From NCBI RefSeq assembly GCF_000315625.1, contig NW_005434660.1, positions 1 to 64,000 of the forward strand: a stretch of DNA of 64,000 nucleotides, read 5' to 3'. A program made the translations under genes and the position numbers. This stretch comes from Guillardia theta CCMP2712 (taxonomy: Eukaryota > Protista > Cryptophyta). The notes under the pieces are model-generated. The model did not search any database. It was given only the letters and a program-made list of their open reading frames with translations, and was not told the DNA's origin. Of the stretch, positions 34,131 through 48,000 are shown piece by piece (position 1 is the first letter of the stretch; every line of letters begins with the position of its first letter).

Positions 34131-34819
34131 TCAAACTGGATTCGCTTGATCTTTGCGGGCACGAAGCGACAGGCGGTCGCCTCGGCTTGCGAGTTCTTCG
34201 AGTCTTCTCCTCCTCCACTTGCTTGGCAGAAGTCTTCTCGCCCTCTCCCGCATGTGAAGAACGATGAGCTTCGAGACTCGCCTCTCCTTGTTCGCGTTTG
34301 GTTGGTGGAAGGTAGTCGGGAAGAATAGAGCTCTGATGACGAGACCACTTGAAGTCCCTCCGAGCATCTCCCTTGTCTTCAACCTTGACGTCGTCTGCAT
34401 CAACATGTCAGACCAACACAACGAGATTTGTTCTCACCTGAGATGAACTTGAGGAGGCGATGCGACTCAGAACTCTTTCCGTGACTTTCATGAGCGTCAT
34501 TAGGGACACGTTTCTCCTTCAGCTTCTCAACTAACGGACTAAGACCAACCTCGCGGTGGACAAGTGACAGTCTGAAACTTTTGACCTCTTTTGGTTTGAC
34601 AGTAGATGACTCTGCTGCCATTGAGTTCACCTCGACAGCCTTGTCACAAGCTTGGAGATTCTTCTTGTTGAGCTTAAGTCTCAGAAGCCACTTCTTCAAT
34701 CTCAATGAGAGGTGAATCCATCTTGAAGAAATCATCATCATCCTCGCTTCGTCCTCTTCTCGCTCGCTCTCATTCCCGTTGCTCTCCTTCTTCGCCTTTC
34801 GCTCCTGCGACTCTTTCAC
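34131..34819 (-). CDS. Basic/charged hypothetical exons (possibly the 3' end of the Cys/His-repeat gene)
   Basis: ORFs 34400..34819 and 34131..34421 are linked by a plausible short intron. Confidence 0.35.
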
Positions 34820-34826
34820 AAGGGAG

Positions 34827-34847
34827 TTTAGGGTTTAGGGTTTAGGG
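34827..34847 (+). repeat. Interstitial (TTTAGGG)3
   Basis: Three perfect units. Confidence 0.85.
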
Positions 34848-34899
34848 CAACGTCACCAGCATCTGGGCAGCCTGTGATTCTGGGATTGCAGGACGGGAC

Positions 34900-37800
34900 C
34901 CCTGACCGAACACTCTTTCTCTCCGCGTCAATTTGACGCGTCACAACAGACGCTCGTCACCTTGCAAGGTGCCGGATGTGCCCGATGCCCATGCCCACGT
35001 TGCATCCTCCGACTCCCGTCCCCTCTCCCACCCCCTCCGTCCCCAAGTGCACCTGCCCCATCAGGCCCTTCCAGCTCGCGTCCGACTCGGAGGATCCAAG
35101 GCCAATGACCTCGCAGAACTCATCGAAGGAAATCTGAAAGCAGTCAGAGGAGAAGGAGAGGCAGCAGCTGCGACCTGCCCGCTTCCGTCCCTGTCAGCGA
35201 CCTGCATGATGCGAATCGCCTCCTCCTCGCTGACTGCCGTCTCCATGAGAGCAAGTAGCTCCATCAGCTCCTCAAATTCGATGCTTCCAGAATGATCCCT
35301 GGCATGCGCGTCAGAGGAAAGAGACGTGGAGAGATCAGGGCACTTGTCAAACTGGTCGAACACTTGCTGTGCGTGCTTTCTCGGGTCCTGTTTGCCCTGT
35401 ATAGCTTTGTGCTTCCTCTTCACCTTGCGGTCAAGACTGGTTTGCCTCTCGTGCTTGTCAAGGCAGTCACAGATGGTGAAGAAGGTGGAAGACTTGGGCA
35501 GGCAGGAGGGGAAGACTGCGTGTCCCTTCATGTGCCATGCAGGTTTCATGCAAGGACGGTCGCACTCCACCCTCCTCTCGCACTTGCCCCCGCAGACCGT
35601 GTGCTCCGCACAGTAGCAGTTCTCATGAATCTTCTTCCTCTCAGAGTTCGCAGTCATGATGCATCTATGTTGATCGTCAACTCTGCTCGCACTCAGCATG
35701 TTGTCACCGGAAGTCGCAACCTGCATGGCTGCACTTGTTTGCACATCGACCGATGTTCTTCTTCTCGTCGATATGCTCGCCCCCGCAAACATGCATCCCA
35801 TCATGCCTGCGCATCCCCGGCAAGATCGCCATCCCGCACACCACTCTCGCGAACTTGGCGCCATTCTTCGCTGAGGCAAGAATCATTGGTTGTGTTCGGA
35901 GGGGACTGCGCAGTCGCGCAACCATGTTCACCTGCTTGTTGTCCGGTCCTGCACAGGTCGCACGCTTCATGACATGAGTGCGTCCCCGAGCACTGGTGCA
36001 TCGCGTCATCCTGATTCTGCGAGCCAGTCAAGAGGATCGAGATGACGTGGCTGCTTGCCGAGTGGAAGTGATCGAAGTGCGAACATTTCTCGTCACAAGA
36101 CGGCATGGAGCAGCGAGCTACGCAGCCCTTGGAGGACTGAAGGCAGCGATGGCGTGAAGAAGCCGTGTGGGACTTATCTTCTTCCAGCGTCTGACAGCAT
36201 CGACCTGCAAAGACCCCATGAGATGAGAGTGGAGCAGCTGCCACCGTCTCTCACTGTCACATCCCACAGCACTGCAAGTCTCAGGACAGGCATGCTTGAG
36301 CTTGTGGCAGAGATGTCGCGTGTGATTCTTCGCGTGATGGTCCTTGACGTCGCACAGCTCCTTGCAACCTGGCATCTTCGATCGCCCTGTTAGAACGAAC
36401 AGCATGCAGAGGCGAGGCAGGCGATACATCACAAGGCAGGAGGCATTGCGAGTATCCGCAATCATGACAACCATCCTCATCGTGTTCATCTCGCTGTGTC
36501 TTGCAGCTCTGGAGGCAGCCAGGAGCTGAGCATTTGTGTCGACAAGGATGATCGCCGGAGCAGTGATGAGTCTTGGAGAAGTTGCCGTGAAAGTGATTGC
36601 GATCACTGCAGATGCTGATGCATCCCGATACTGTACACTTACACCCACAGCCTTCCTTCTGGTCGCAGCTGTGCTGATCCCCGTGCCCATCATCTTTCGG
36701 CAGCACGCACCTCCTGGAGCAAGCGACAGCGCTGCAGCGGTTGTCGCACGCGTGGTACCTCCTGCTGAACTGTCAAAGCCGTTGGTCTCAACCTGTCAAA
36801 GCCGTTGGTCTCGGCCCCTCTGCTGACCTGCAGTGATGAGTGAAGCTTGCCGTCATCATGTCATGTTGACCATGATGTGATACTTCGCATCCGCACAGCT
36901 CGTCGCATCCCGGCACCTCACACGGGTGCGTACATCCCTGCAAGCAGTCAGCTCCTTTGCCTCCTAAGGCATAGCAGACTTGTCCAGCCGTCTTGATGAA
37001 CATCATTCCTGGAGAGACAAACGATGAGAAACGTTGGCGAGGGAGGTCAGAGAAGAAAACCGAGGAGACGGAGCTTGCGGTCAATCTTGCTGCCTTCCTC
37101 CACATGCAAACCTTCACTTCGATCTTCACAAGAGCAGATGTGCGACTGTCTCGCGTCCCGAGCGCACATTCTGTCGCAGCCAACGGCCGAGCAGGTGCGG
37201 GAGCAAGGGTGAAACTCAGCGCCACAGTCGTGAAGACCCTCATGGAAGTGATCTCTGACACAGCAGCGATTCAAGCAGCCCTTGATAGCAGCACGTCAGC
37301 CCATGGCCTGCTCCCTCTTCCTCAGGTCAACCTTGACGTAACAGGGGTACGGGCAAGTCTTGGAAGCGCAGATACATCCAATGTAATCTAAATTGCTGTT
37401 GCGACTGTGAGGCGTGCGAGCACATTGGTTCTCACAGTGAGGCCGCTTGCACGTCCCTGTGCATCGCTGTAGAAACTGAAGATGAGTGGAAGGTACGAGG
37501 CTGGGCAGCCATTACCGTCCCTCCCTTCTCTCTTGACTGTCTGTCTTTGCAGTACGTTCCCGGATGCATTATACACACTTGCTTCTCGAAACGAGCGATG
37601 GCATTCTCCAGAGTGATTTCGTTCCCGATATGATCGAACTTGACGCCACATTCAAGGCAAGAACACAGCCACCTGATCACATGGAATCACTCAAAGGACG
37701 CAATGAGCTTCTAGCTATTGCGCCTGTCGCAGAAGAATGGAAAGAGTCGGACAAGCAGCCTACCCTTCATCTTCGTCGAACGACGGGCATCTGAAGGATT

Positions 37801-38100
37801 TTTATGTGGGAAAGACATGCATGACTTGACCTGAACACATGTGAAGTTCCAACCAGACATCTTCACTTTGGCTCTCAGCATGTTGATCATGCTCCATGGT
37901 TGGTAACAATGTGGTCTACAATGGCAGTGAGACTTGTCATCAGCTATCTTCACTTACCGTAGCTAGAACTTCTTTCTGAGCATCACTGTGAAACACGTCG
38001 GTGAGTTCAAAAGTGATCTTCGGTTGGACAATGTCGCTGGCATCCAGTTGGATATGAAAGGGCTTGTCTAATCCTTCCCACCTTGAACTCTCGTCAGCCC
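34900..38100 (-). CDS. Multi-exon Cys/His-rich repeat protein with a C-terminal EF-hand pair
   Basis: Recurrent HxCxxxCxxxGCxxxCxxxxHxH units. QVFDQFD|..DHSGSIEFEELMELL and MQVADRDGSGQ|ISFDEF are EF-hand loops. Confidence 0.65.
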
Positions 38101-38249
38101 ATGAGCAAGCAAGAGAAACTCTCTCACCTCGGGTTTAGCGGATCATAGGATCGTTTGGTTGTGAACTCAGAGTCCTTGTATCTCAATCTCGTGTAACAAC
38201 TGACTCCTGTTGTGCGATTCCCTTGCAACGATGCTTGAAGCACCTGAAC

Positions 38250-39025
38250 GCTCAGAGCGTCTAAGATCTAACGATGGGAATAAGTGAAGAGGCAGAGAAG
38301 AAGCAAAAACGCACTTTGCTTCTTTCCATCTTGGGGACTTGGATGGGAACATGAGGTCCCCGCTGACAGCCCCACCTGTATTCTCCTTCCAACACTTTCT
38401 GGTCCAGGGAGGAATCCTCATACCCTGACGAACGGCAGCAAGTCCAAATGGTACCTCCAAACCTTGCGAGCAATATGAGAAAAGCAACATGCATGAAGCA
38501 GAAAGACCTGCTTGTCTCTAGCGTCCCAGGGTGGAACAAGCACGCTTCGTCTTTATCTGCTGTGTATCCCTTGTGCTTGCCCGTTACAAGATTGAAATGT
38601 TGTCCACACTGCGCGCATCGAGGTTTCTTGATGTTATGACCAGTTGCTTGAGTGCATCCAATGTCATTCGCATTGATCTTTCGACAACATGACCACATTC
38701 CCTTGAAGACGTCTGCTTGCATCATGTGTAACACCGCTGGGTTGGCCCGCTCGAACTTGAACTTGCCCTCCATGACGCCGGAGAAGCATTCTCTTTGTTG
38801 GAACATAGCATCTGCAGAGGTCAACAGTCTTCGTTTCCTCGCCGCCATCTTTACAGCCGCGGCTGCTGCGATTGCATCTCGTGCAGGGTCTTCTAGCTCA
38901 ACTGTGGAGGCTCTTCTTCTGAGTTCGACATGCTTCCCCACATTGAGGCTCAAGGTGCTTCTCCTCCCTGAGCTGTCTGGGGGTTGAGGGGCCTGCCATG
39001 CAGCCGCTACCGGCATCCCCGACAT
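38250..39025 (-). CDS. Zinc-binding protein with Btk/CHORD-like motifs
   Basis: WSCC..GC..GH; CAQC..CLFHPG..WTCC..GCQRGPH; short intron near 38462-38508. Confidence 0.65.
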
Positions 39026-39145
39026 ATGCTAGTCAACTCCTTTCAACTCCCCTTCCAAGGTTTGTTTATCAAAACCCGGTTTAGGTTCAATCGTTTAGTT
39101 AGATGTTCGACTCGATTCGATTCGATTCACTCAAAATTCGCCATC

Positions 39146-40470
39146 ATGCCGCCCCGAGCAATCCCGGGCCTTGTGTGCATGGCCAACGTGCAGGAGGGTA
39201 GAGACGCGAAGAAGCTGCGAGCCATGGCAGAAGCCGCTTCCTCCATCCCTCGTGCCTGGCTGCTACGTGTCTTCTCGGATAGAACTTTCCACCGGAGCGG
39301 ATTTTGCCTCGCTGGAGCTCCAGATGCAGTGGGAAATGCGGCGATCGCGCTGTCGAGACGAGCAGCCGAATATATCGATCTCACATCGTCTGAGCGGGCA
39401 GAAGACAAGTATGAAGATGTTGGCTCTCATGTTGGCGAGTATGTCTGACCTCTCCTTCTCGGCAAGGTCTGCGCATCACCACGTGGGGGCAGTGGACCTT
39501 CTGCCGTTCCATCCTATCGGGGCAGCAACCATGGAGGATGCTGCCGAGGTTGCTCGAAGAGTTTCAAAGACACTCGGAGAAGAGATGGGTCTCTCAGTCC
39601 TCACTTACGGGCACGCACACCCCACTCGGTTTCTGTACCTCCTTGTTTACAGAGCAGGACTGAAAAGCCTGGCAGGAGGTCTCTGGTGCAACTGAGGAAG
39701 CAGACGAGCTTCTTCAAGCGAGGTCCTCATGCCCTGCATGCGAGCAGCCATGCTGTCTCCTCAGGTTCCTCTTGTCGTCTGCTAAACGGCATGCACTGAG
39801 ATTCCAAGAGAAGTGAAGCCTGACTTCGGGCCCGAGGTGCCGGATCAACGACGAGGCATAACTGTGAGATCTCTTGTCACGTTGAACTCACAGTCGCGCT
39901 TCTCAACATGGGCTCAAGGTCTGTGGAGCCACCGGATACGTGCTGAACTTCAACATCGCGCTAGAGACTACAGGTGAGCCATCGCGTACGCATGGTCGAG
40001 TGACGCTTTGTAGACCTGCAGGAGGCGATGCAGATAGCGAAGGCGATTCGAGGAAGCAACACAGGAGCGACGACTTGCAGTCTTGAGGAGATGTGACAGG
40101 AGCTGCAGGGGGCTTGCCCGGCGTGGAGTCGATGGCGTATGAGCACGCCGGTCCTGACGGTTCGAGGTCTTGTGAGAGACGAATGTAAAGGAGAGCTTGA
40201 CGGGCAGGAAGGTTGGTAGAGGTAGCCTGTAACCTCAGAGAGCCTTCGTCGCAAGAGGGCGGACAAGCTTCTGTCCTCGAGAGAGTCACGGGTAAGGAGG
40301 AAGGGGCAAGAGCAAGGGGGGCTGAACCCTCTTGATGTCATGCAGATCTTGCTCGAGCAAAGGGGATCCGCATACTTCACAGCTACTGCACGAACCCCAC
40401 GCCCGAAGAGCTGGAAAGCTGGTGGACTAGCGACAAGAGGTAGCAGCCTCACCTGTGGGTGTGTATGACG
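39146..40470 (+). CDS. Glutamate formiminotransferase-like protein (stand-alone FT domain of the FTCD family), multi-exon
   Basis: ANVQEGRD, FSDRTFHRSGF, YIDL..HHHVGAVDLLPFHPI, PDFGP, VCGATGYVLNFNI, GLPGVESMAYEH, EVACNL motifs. Confidence 0.85.
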
Positions 40471-40649
40471 CAGCAGCAGCAGCTCACAGACGTGGGAGTG
40501 GAGAGTTCCGCCAGGAGAAGAAAACTTTGACAAGTCGTAGGGAAACAAAGGAGGTGTGATCAGATGGCAAAAAACTCAACATCTTCATTGCATGCATAGA
40601 GCGCTTGTGACGCATAATTTGAAACAAAAGACCACGAAGGAATCGGTGG

Positions 40650-43600
40650 ACCGTCATTCTCCTCACGACTAGTAGTAGTATCCTCCTCCCGACCGCCGAT
40701 CGCCTGCCGAGCCTGAGAGGAAGTTGAGTAGGACCATGGGGCACACCAGACTTACCTCCAGAGTTTCTGTCGCCAGAGTTTCTGTCGCCGATATTCATGT
40801 CAGACGAGATCTTCTTCTTGATCGCGTCAAGCTCAGAGCCGAGATTCTTGCGGTAGCCCTCAAGACCTGGCAAGCTTGAGAAAGTTTTCATGACAACTGA
40901 GAGTCTTACCAGCGCTGGTCCTCAGGTCAACCTCCAGGCGCTCAGTGACATCTTCCAAGTCACCTCCGAATCGCATCTTGATTTCCTCCATGTCTTCATA
41001 GAGCTGCTTCTTTTGCATCTCCAATTCCTTTCGCTCCGTCACCCTACAGTTTGCTCTCACAGTCCACACTCACCTGAATGCTCTGATGATGCACACTCGA
41101 GTCTGCCTTGTACGTCTCCACCTCGTGCTCAAGCTTGTCGCGATAAACCTCAAGAGCTTGCTGCTTCTTTCGCTCGGAGGCCAGCTGTCTCCCCACCTGC
41201 GTTCAAGTATCGTGGGTTAGCATGGAAGTCCAGCGCCTCCCTCTCTCTGTTCACCTGGTCGAGCTCAGTCACAAGCTTTTGCTTGTACTCTTCGACTCCC
41301 AGCCTCATCTTTTCTTCTGCCTCAATCTGTGAATGCATCTGGTCCCGCTCTTGCTCTTCACGGCGGATCTGTGCTTCACGGTCGGCCTTGAGTTGGTTGA
41401 AGTCGTCGGTGAGACGGTCCAGAGCTCTTCTCTCCGCTTCTGTCTTGTTGTTCAAGCCTTGCAGCACCTCCGTCAACCTCCTCATGTGCTCCTCCAGCTC
41501 AGCGCGAACATGTCGGATGGCGTCAAGCTTGCCTTCCACGTACTCGAGGTCACTTTCAAGTTTGCGCTTGAAGCCTTCAAGGCCGGCAATTGACTTGGAC
41601 TGAACGCCCAGGCGGAAGTCAACTTCATCCAGCTCAGCCTGCACCTTGGACCTAACGGCTTCGACTTCAGCTTCCAACCTTCCCTTGTCTGCTTCCAAAT
41701 CCTCGATGGTTGAAGTCATTGCTTCGACTTGAGCATTGATCTCGGACAAGATGTCGCGCAGCCTTCGTTCGGTCATCTCCATCTCCTGATGTGCTTCTTG
41801 ATTGGCGTCGATCTTCTTCATCAGAACAGCCTCCTCGCCCTCCTCCTCTTTTGCCATGTTGGCCCATTCAATCATCGCAGCTTTTTCCGCCTCGATCTTG
41901 TTCTCAACTCCTTCGATATCAGACTTCATGCTGGCAAGCTTTGAGTCTCTTTCCTCCTCCAAGTTTCGCTTGTGTTGAAGCAGTGAGTTCGAGTTCTTCT
42001 GCTCAGCATCGATCCGTGCCTTCAACTCAGCCCGCTCCTGTATCAAGCGATGAGCAAATTCTTTTCAAATTGTCTGAAAGGACCTGCAGCAGCTTGCGTT
42101 GAAGCTCCTCAAGTTCCAGCCTTCCGTAGCTTTCTACTTCAAGCTTCTCATGAACAACCTACCCAAGCACAGTCACAATCAAAAGTCTCAATTCAAACCC
42201 GTCTCACCTGCAACTCAGCATCGATTTTTCCCATGTATTTTTGCATGTGTGACAGCATTCTCTCAGAAGTTGCCAGCTTGCCATTGACCTCATCAATTTC
42301 ACCCTTGAACACATCGGTAACCTACAAGATCCAAAGGTCAACCAAAGAAGCCACTGTAGTGTTCATAGATACCTCCTTGAACTCGTGCTCCAAGCGAGTC
42401 TTCAACATCTCAAGCTCTTGTTTGTTCCTCTTCGACGCAGCTTCATTTGCCTGTATTCCATGAATTAAAAAAAGGTTCCGTGCAAGTCCCGAATCACCTT
42501 CAGATCAGCTTTCTTCGCCTGCAAGTTGTCCAGGTATCGATCAAGATGCGATCTAATGTCTGATGCCGCAATAATAGAGCCCTGCGCAGACATATCATCA
42601 AATAGAGATTATAACTCAAAACAATAAACCTTGACAAACTCAAGTTGTTCGGACATCTTCCCAGCATGTTGCTGTAGCTTTTCCATGACCTTGCTTTCTG
42701 CACCAATCTGCACTCTGACATTCCCGAGGTCAGCCTCAAGCTTCCCAGTTGCTTCCTTCAAGACAACCTGCAAAACAATAAATAACGCCACTTTCCACAA
42801 ATTGCAGATCAAGAATACTCACTTGCAGCTTTTCTTTGTGTGATTCCAATTCTTTCTTGGCAATTTTCTCTGCTTCCAATTTGCTGATTACCGCTTCGAG
42901 CTCCCCCTACACACATCAATGAGACAGCTTGAAGAATGAAACCTGATTGCTAAACGAAAGCAAAAAATTGCAATCCAATGCGAATCACCTCCAATTTCTT
43001 TTGGTAAGCCTCCTGCTTCGATTTAAACTTCGTTTCGATGACAAACTTGCGCTTGAGAAATTCTAGCTCTGTGTTGAGAAGCACACCAAATTCCTTCAAA
43101 CCAGCTGCAATTTGCTCCTCAGCTTTGATCGCTCCTTTAAGCCTGTGCACTTCTTCCTTGAATGAATTCTTGTTGGCCTCCATCTGCGATTCAAGATCTG
43201 CCTTGTCCTGCTTGAGTCGTGCGCTTCTTTCCAATTCCGATTCAAGTTTCTTTTCAATCTCCTCGCTTTCAAATTCAAGTTTCTTGATGAATTCTTCCAG
43301 TCGCGTCTTGGATTTGACACAAGCTTCGAGGTTGCCTCGCGCTTCCTCAAGACTCTCCAGCAGATATTCCAGCTGATCCTCTTTGTTCCTCTTGAGCTTC
43401 GACGTCGCTCCGAGCTTGGCATCGACCTTTTCGACCTTCTTGGCCAAAGCCTTTCGACTTTGCTGGGTTCATACACAATCAGAAGAGCATCAGCGATGCA
43501 GTAAAGGAAACTTACTTCCAAATCTTCAATCAGCTTCGACTTGAGCTCCTGCAATTCTTGACGTGCCCTTACGCCTTGATCAAGCTTCGCACTGACAGTC

Positions 43601-43950
43601 GTGTGCTCGTTGGCGAGCTTTCGTTTGAAGTCTTCCAATGACTCCAAGGCATGACTTGCCTGGACACAGAACTTGTCAACAACACATCCGTGCCATAGAA
43701 AATGTACCTCGTAAGAATTGTACGACATGACCAGATTACCTCCAGCAGACCTGAAATTTGATCAGATACGAGCGCCTGGAAATGATGGAACAATTCGAAG
43801 GAATATGTTTGTGTTAGATTTTGAGATTTGGGTGGTTCTCTTGGGGTGATCAAGAAAGTGCATTGCGGCATTTTGATCCCAATCACAGAAAAAATAATGT
43901 TCAAATAAGCTTCATCGATAACTTGTTATCCATTATGTCGTTCTTCAAAC
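40650..43950 (-). CDS. Long E/K-rich coiled-coil protein (myosin-tail-like), multi-exon
   Basis: ORFs 42950..43447, 41150..42046 and 40860..41069, among others, show heptad periodicity and are separated by ~50-nt introns; no motor or ATPase motif seen. Confidence 0.75.
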
Positions 43951-44549
43951 TCAATAAATTCTACCCAATGTTCCTCCGACAAATAATCTAACTGCTATCG
44001 TCGTTGGCTGTTCGGATTGATTGACAACTGCATCTCTATCACTACCCCCTATTCATGCTCGATTTGATATCCTTGTTTGCATCCTTGTTCCCGCACTATC
44101 TTTGCTGCTATATCTGTCCCTCCTACTCCATCTCCATTCAGAATTCAATGCACAGAGCTTCCCACTGCCCAAATCCCTCACACATCTTCTCTTTACCAAC
44201 ATCTTGTGCTTGTCTGCATCTTTCTCGTACGATGTTGACCTTTCTTCCCTCCCACACTCCCTCCCTTCCTCTCCTACTACACTTGCATCACTGCCCATTC
44301 CTTGTTCTTTGTTCTGCATCTGCCGATGTCTCCCGATTTGGGTGCAGAGGATATACAACCCCACCCTACTACTGAACTACCCTACCCCTGGGCTGATGAA
44401 CGTTCGTATGTGATCACCCTTAATTTCCTGATATTTTGAACCCTATTTCGTACCACCCCTGCCTTGAAGATTCCATAGACCACCCCTTCACAAACACTTC
44501 ATGAACAAACGAATGTAACGTTTTCAACGCAAGAGAAACGGAAAAAACT

Positions 44550-45010
44550 GACGGCGACCGACTCGGACGGTACGGCGGTGACCGCCGCCGGGTCACGGCA
44601 CGGTACCGTACGGCACGGTACCGGCGGCCCGCGGCCGGACTCCGGGCCCGACTCACTCCCGGACCGTCCCAGTGAGCGGGGCCGCCTGGCGCCGGCCCGG
44701 CAATCCGAGTCACGGGCAGTTTGGGGAATCATCCGATCGGCGGACAACAATCGGCACTGCGGCAGGATGAACTTGGTTGGTTCTCGCTGTCTGCGACCTC
44801 AGACTAGTTACGGTGGCTTGGAGAGCCTCCTGATTGTCCTCGTCCTGATCGTGATTTTTTGATTTACTTTGAGTGACTCAGTGGAGAAGCTGGCAAGGTC
44901 AAGACTCCTCTCGACCGTACCGTCGCACCGTCGTGCCGTGCGGCCCGGCCGCCCTGGCACTGAGGCCGACTCAGCGGGCCGCGCTGTGGTCACCGGGTAC
45001 CGTGGCATTG
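44550..45010. repeat. GC-rich low-complexity region of short palindromic motifs (GGTACC, CGGCC, GACTC/GAGTC)
   Basis: Two GC-rich patches in the divergent intergenic region. Confidence 0.45.
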
Positions 45011-45090
45011 TAACGGTATGCAACACAGAATTCAACGGCAAGATACGATAACGGTTGTCAATCAGTGTCCTTGGCAATGGCGGGAGAAAA

Positions 45091-48000
45091 ATGAGGACAT
45101 GGCGACTGTTGTTGCTCATGGCGGCAATAAACGCGATGTCAGCTGCCTCTCCTCCTCCCAACGACAACCTCCAAAATGCAGCTTGGGTCCAGTCGCGCTT
45201 CAAGGTATTAGCTAACGGCTCCACATTCGAAATTTCTTCAGGTGTGAACTACTTCACTGATCCCATCCTGTATCAATTTCTTGAGTTGGATGCTGTGGGG
45301 TTCAATGTAGATGCGACGATGCAAGCCAACGAGCCTTCACACGGTTCGCATGAAACCGGGTCTTCCGTATGGTGGAAATGGACCTCCACAGTGAATGCCA
45401 CGATTCAACTGTCTACAGAAGGATCGGATTTCGATACGACAGTCGCGGTGTACATTCCCGTGCCTTGGAACGGAGTTACCGTCGTGAATCAATTTGGAGT
45501 AGCGTTGGTGGCGGAAGGAGACGATATCGTATGGAATCAAGTCCTCCAGACAAGAATAAGTTTCCCCGCGTACGCTGGTTCAACCTATCTCATTGCGGTC
45601 GGTGGGTTCCGGCAAAGTCAGGGCAGCATTGTCCTCAAAGGAACTGTCTTGCTATCGATACCCGTACCTCCAAGGATAGTAGTGGTTGAGATGCCTCGCT
45701 TGTCCTTGGAACGCCTCGGGGCTTCCATCAATGTAACTGTGAATTATTATGACAAATTCACGAAGATCCTTTTGTCTTGCAGCAATCCAGGTTGCCAGGT
45801 ATTTTACACTCTTGACGGAACTGTTCCTACGGTGCATCATACTGACATGCAAGGGTTTCTACCGCAAGAATCCACCATGTTGTATCAAACTCCAATAGAG
45901 ATGGGAAACTTCATGGTGCGGGCGATCGCTGTCAAATTTGGTTGGCAGAATTCGCCTGTGATGACTTCCATGCTGTTTCAATTGCAAGTTGCACTGCCGG
46001 TGATAGTGCCTAATGGTGGAATCTTTGACGAGGAGGTGATTGTATACCTAGAGACTGCGAGTGACAAGGGAGGTGAAGAGAGGGCCGTCATGCACTACAC
46101 GTTAGATGGACAAGAGCCCTCTCTGAATTCTTCTCTCTATGTCGGGAAGCTGGTACTCAGAAACATGTCAGACGTCACCATCAGGGTAAAGGCTTGGATC
46201 CCCGGGCGATGGGTTCCAGTCGGAAATCCTAAGTGGGTGACCCGCTGGGTCCCTGGATACCACGAGAGCGAAGTAGCCTCCTCCCTCCCTTTGACCGTGC
46301 GCCCTAAACTCCCGATGCCCCACGTTCAGATACACGGGGAAGCAGAGACAGTCATCTTGAAAGGTGGCAATCCCAAGCAAGCGAATGACACGTATACAAG
46401 AACAGCTACAATTGAGCTGCAAACTCAAGTGGCTGGAGCTTCGTTAAAGTACCTCTCCATGACAAACTCCGGCTCCACAACTTGGATGGATTACTCTGTC
46501 CCTTTTAGTGTTGCAAAAGGCAGATACAGATTCCTTTTCAAGGTATCGAAGAAAGGAATGGTCGACAGCGACATTGTGGGAAGAGAATTCGAGGTATCAT
46601 TGTACTTGAGACGATTTCATGGAGGAATGACAAAGATTATTTCAGGTTCTTCCACAGATTGATATTGTGGACCCTAACATACAGATCTTTAGCTCTGTCC
46701 AGCTGAATGAATATCAGTATTACAGCTTCACTCTAACAGCTCCTGGTTCAGACGTGATCGTACAGTCCATAAGCTACATCGGAGCTACAGATGTCTTTGT
46801 CACTGCCAAACAGCTTCGCCCTACCTTGAAAAACTCGTCCTTTTGTGCAGTTCTGGATCATGTGGCCGACGGAGTCGCCTCAATAAGAACACTGACCGTC
46901 TTACACACGAACAAGAATGTGGGAATAGATGTCATAGTCGACAGGAATTCTTCTTGCCCTCGCTGTCCTTTCAGCACACCATTGATCGTGGGCGTGCGAG
47001 GAGCAAGCAGTGTGGCTTCTCAGTTTGCCTTGCGCTTTACAATCGACACAACTCCGATCATCAGCTTGTCAAATTCATTCCAGTACACCGTGAAATACAG
47101 AGAGTGGAGTTTCTTCAAGTTGTATATTGACCCTCGCTTTCTGCAGGATACGTGGAGCTATCGTGTTTCTGTGCAGTCAGGAATCAACAACATTCTCAGC
47201 CTGCGCGTGTCTGTCCGGCAGGGAGTCAAACCGACAGGATCTTCGCAGGACGAGCTGAGCACCAGCCTTGGGTCTGCCAACGGTCTGTTTGTCTTGCAAG
47301 GGAACAACGTCAAGGTCAACACAGAGCTTTGGTACATTGGAGTTCAATTCATCGTAAGATTCGACTCATCTACGAGCACCAGAATCACACTTCGGGTCGA
47401 GCCCATAGCAGCAAATATCCAGGGGGTCACAACGATCCAGGACGATTTCGTGCGTTTGCAACAAAAGAATCAGCAGCAGGTCCAGGAAATTTTCCCCAAT
47501 CAAGAGGTCGCCGGGTCAGTTATGGTTGCAGGTTTTGAGTTCTTCAAACTTCACATCCCTATTTCACAAGCAACTTTGTCACTTTCGCTGCGTGAAGTCG
47601 ATGGGTTCACAACGGGGCTTCGAGTCTTCATACAACGATCTACTTTGCCCTCTCTTGCGGACTTCATTGATCAGAACATCACCAGCTCACTCCTCTCCAA
47701 CACTCTTTCCCTATCTCTCCCTGTCGGTAGTTTTATTGACTACTACATCGGTGTCTACGGTTTCTCTTACAACAAGACGGGCTGGCCGACCCCGACTTAC
47801 AATTTCCTTCTCACCGTTACGATTAGTCAGAGACCCTCTGCCGCCCCGAAACCGTTCATGATGCCGATCACACCCAACTACAGGTTCTTCTATGCAGTGG
47901 CGCAACCAAACACGTACTTGTATTTCTCTCTTTTCTTCTCAGAGGCGAACTCCGACCTCCACATTGTCTTGAGAAAGACCGTCGGGTCCTCTAGCATTTT

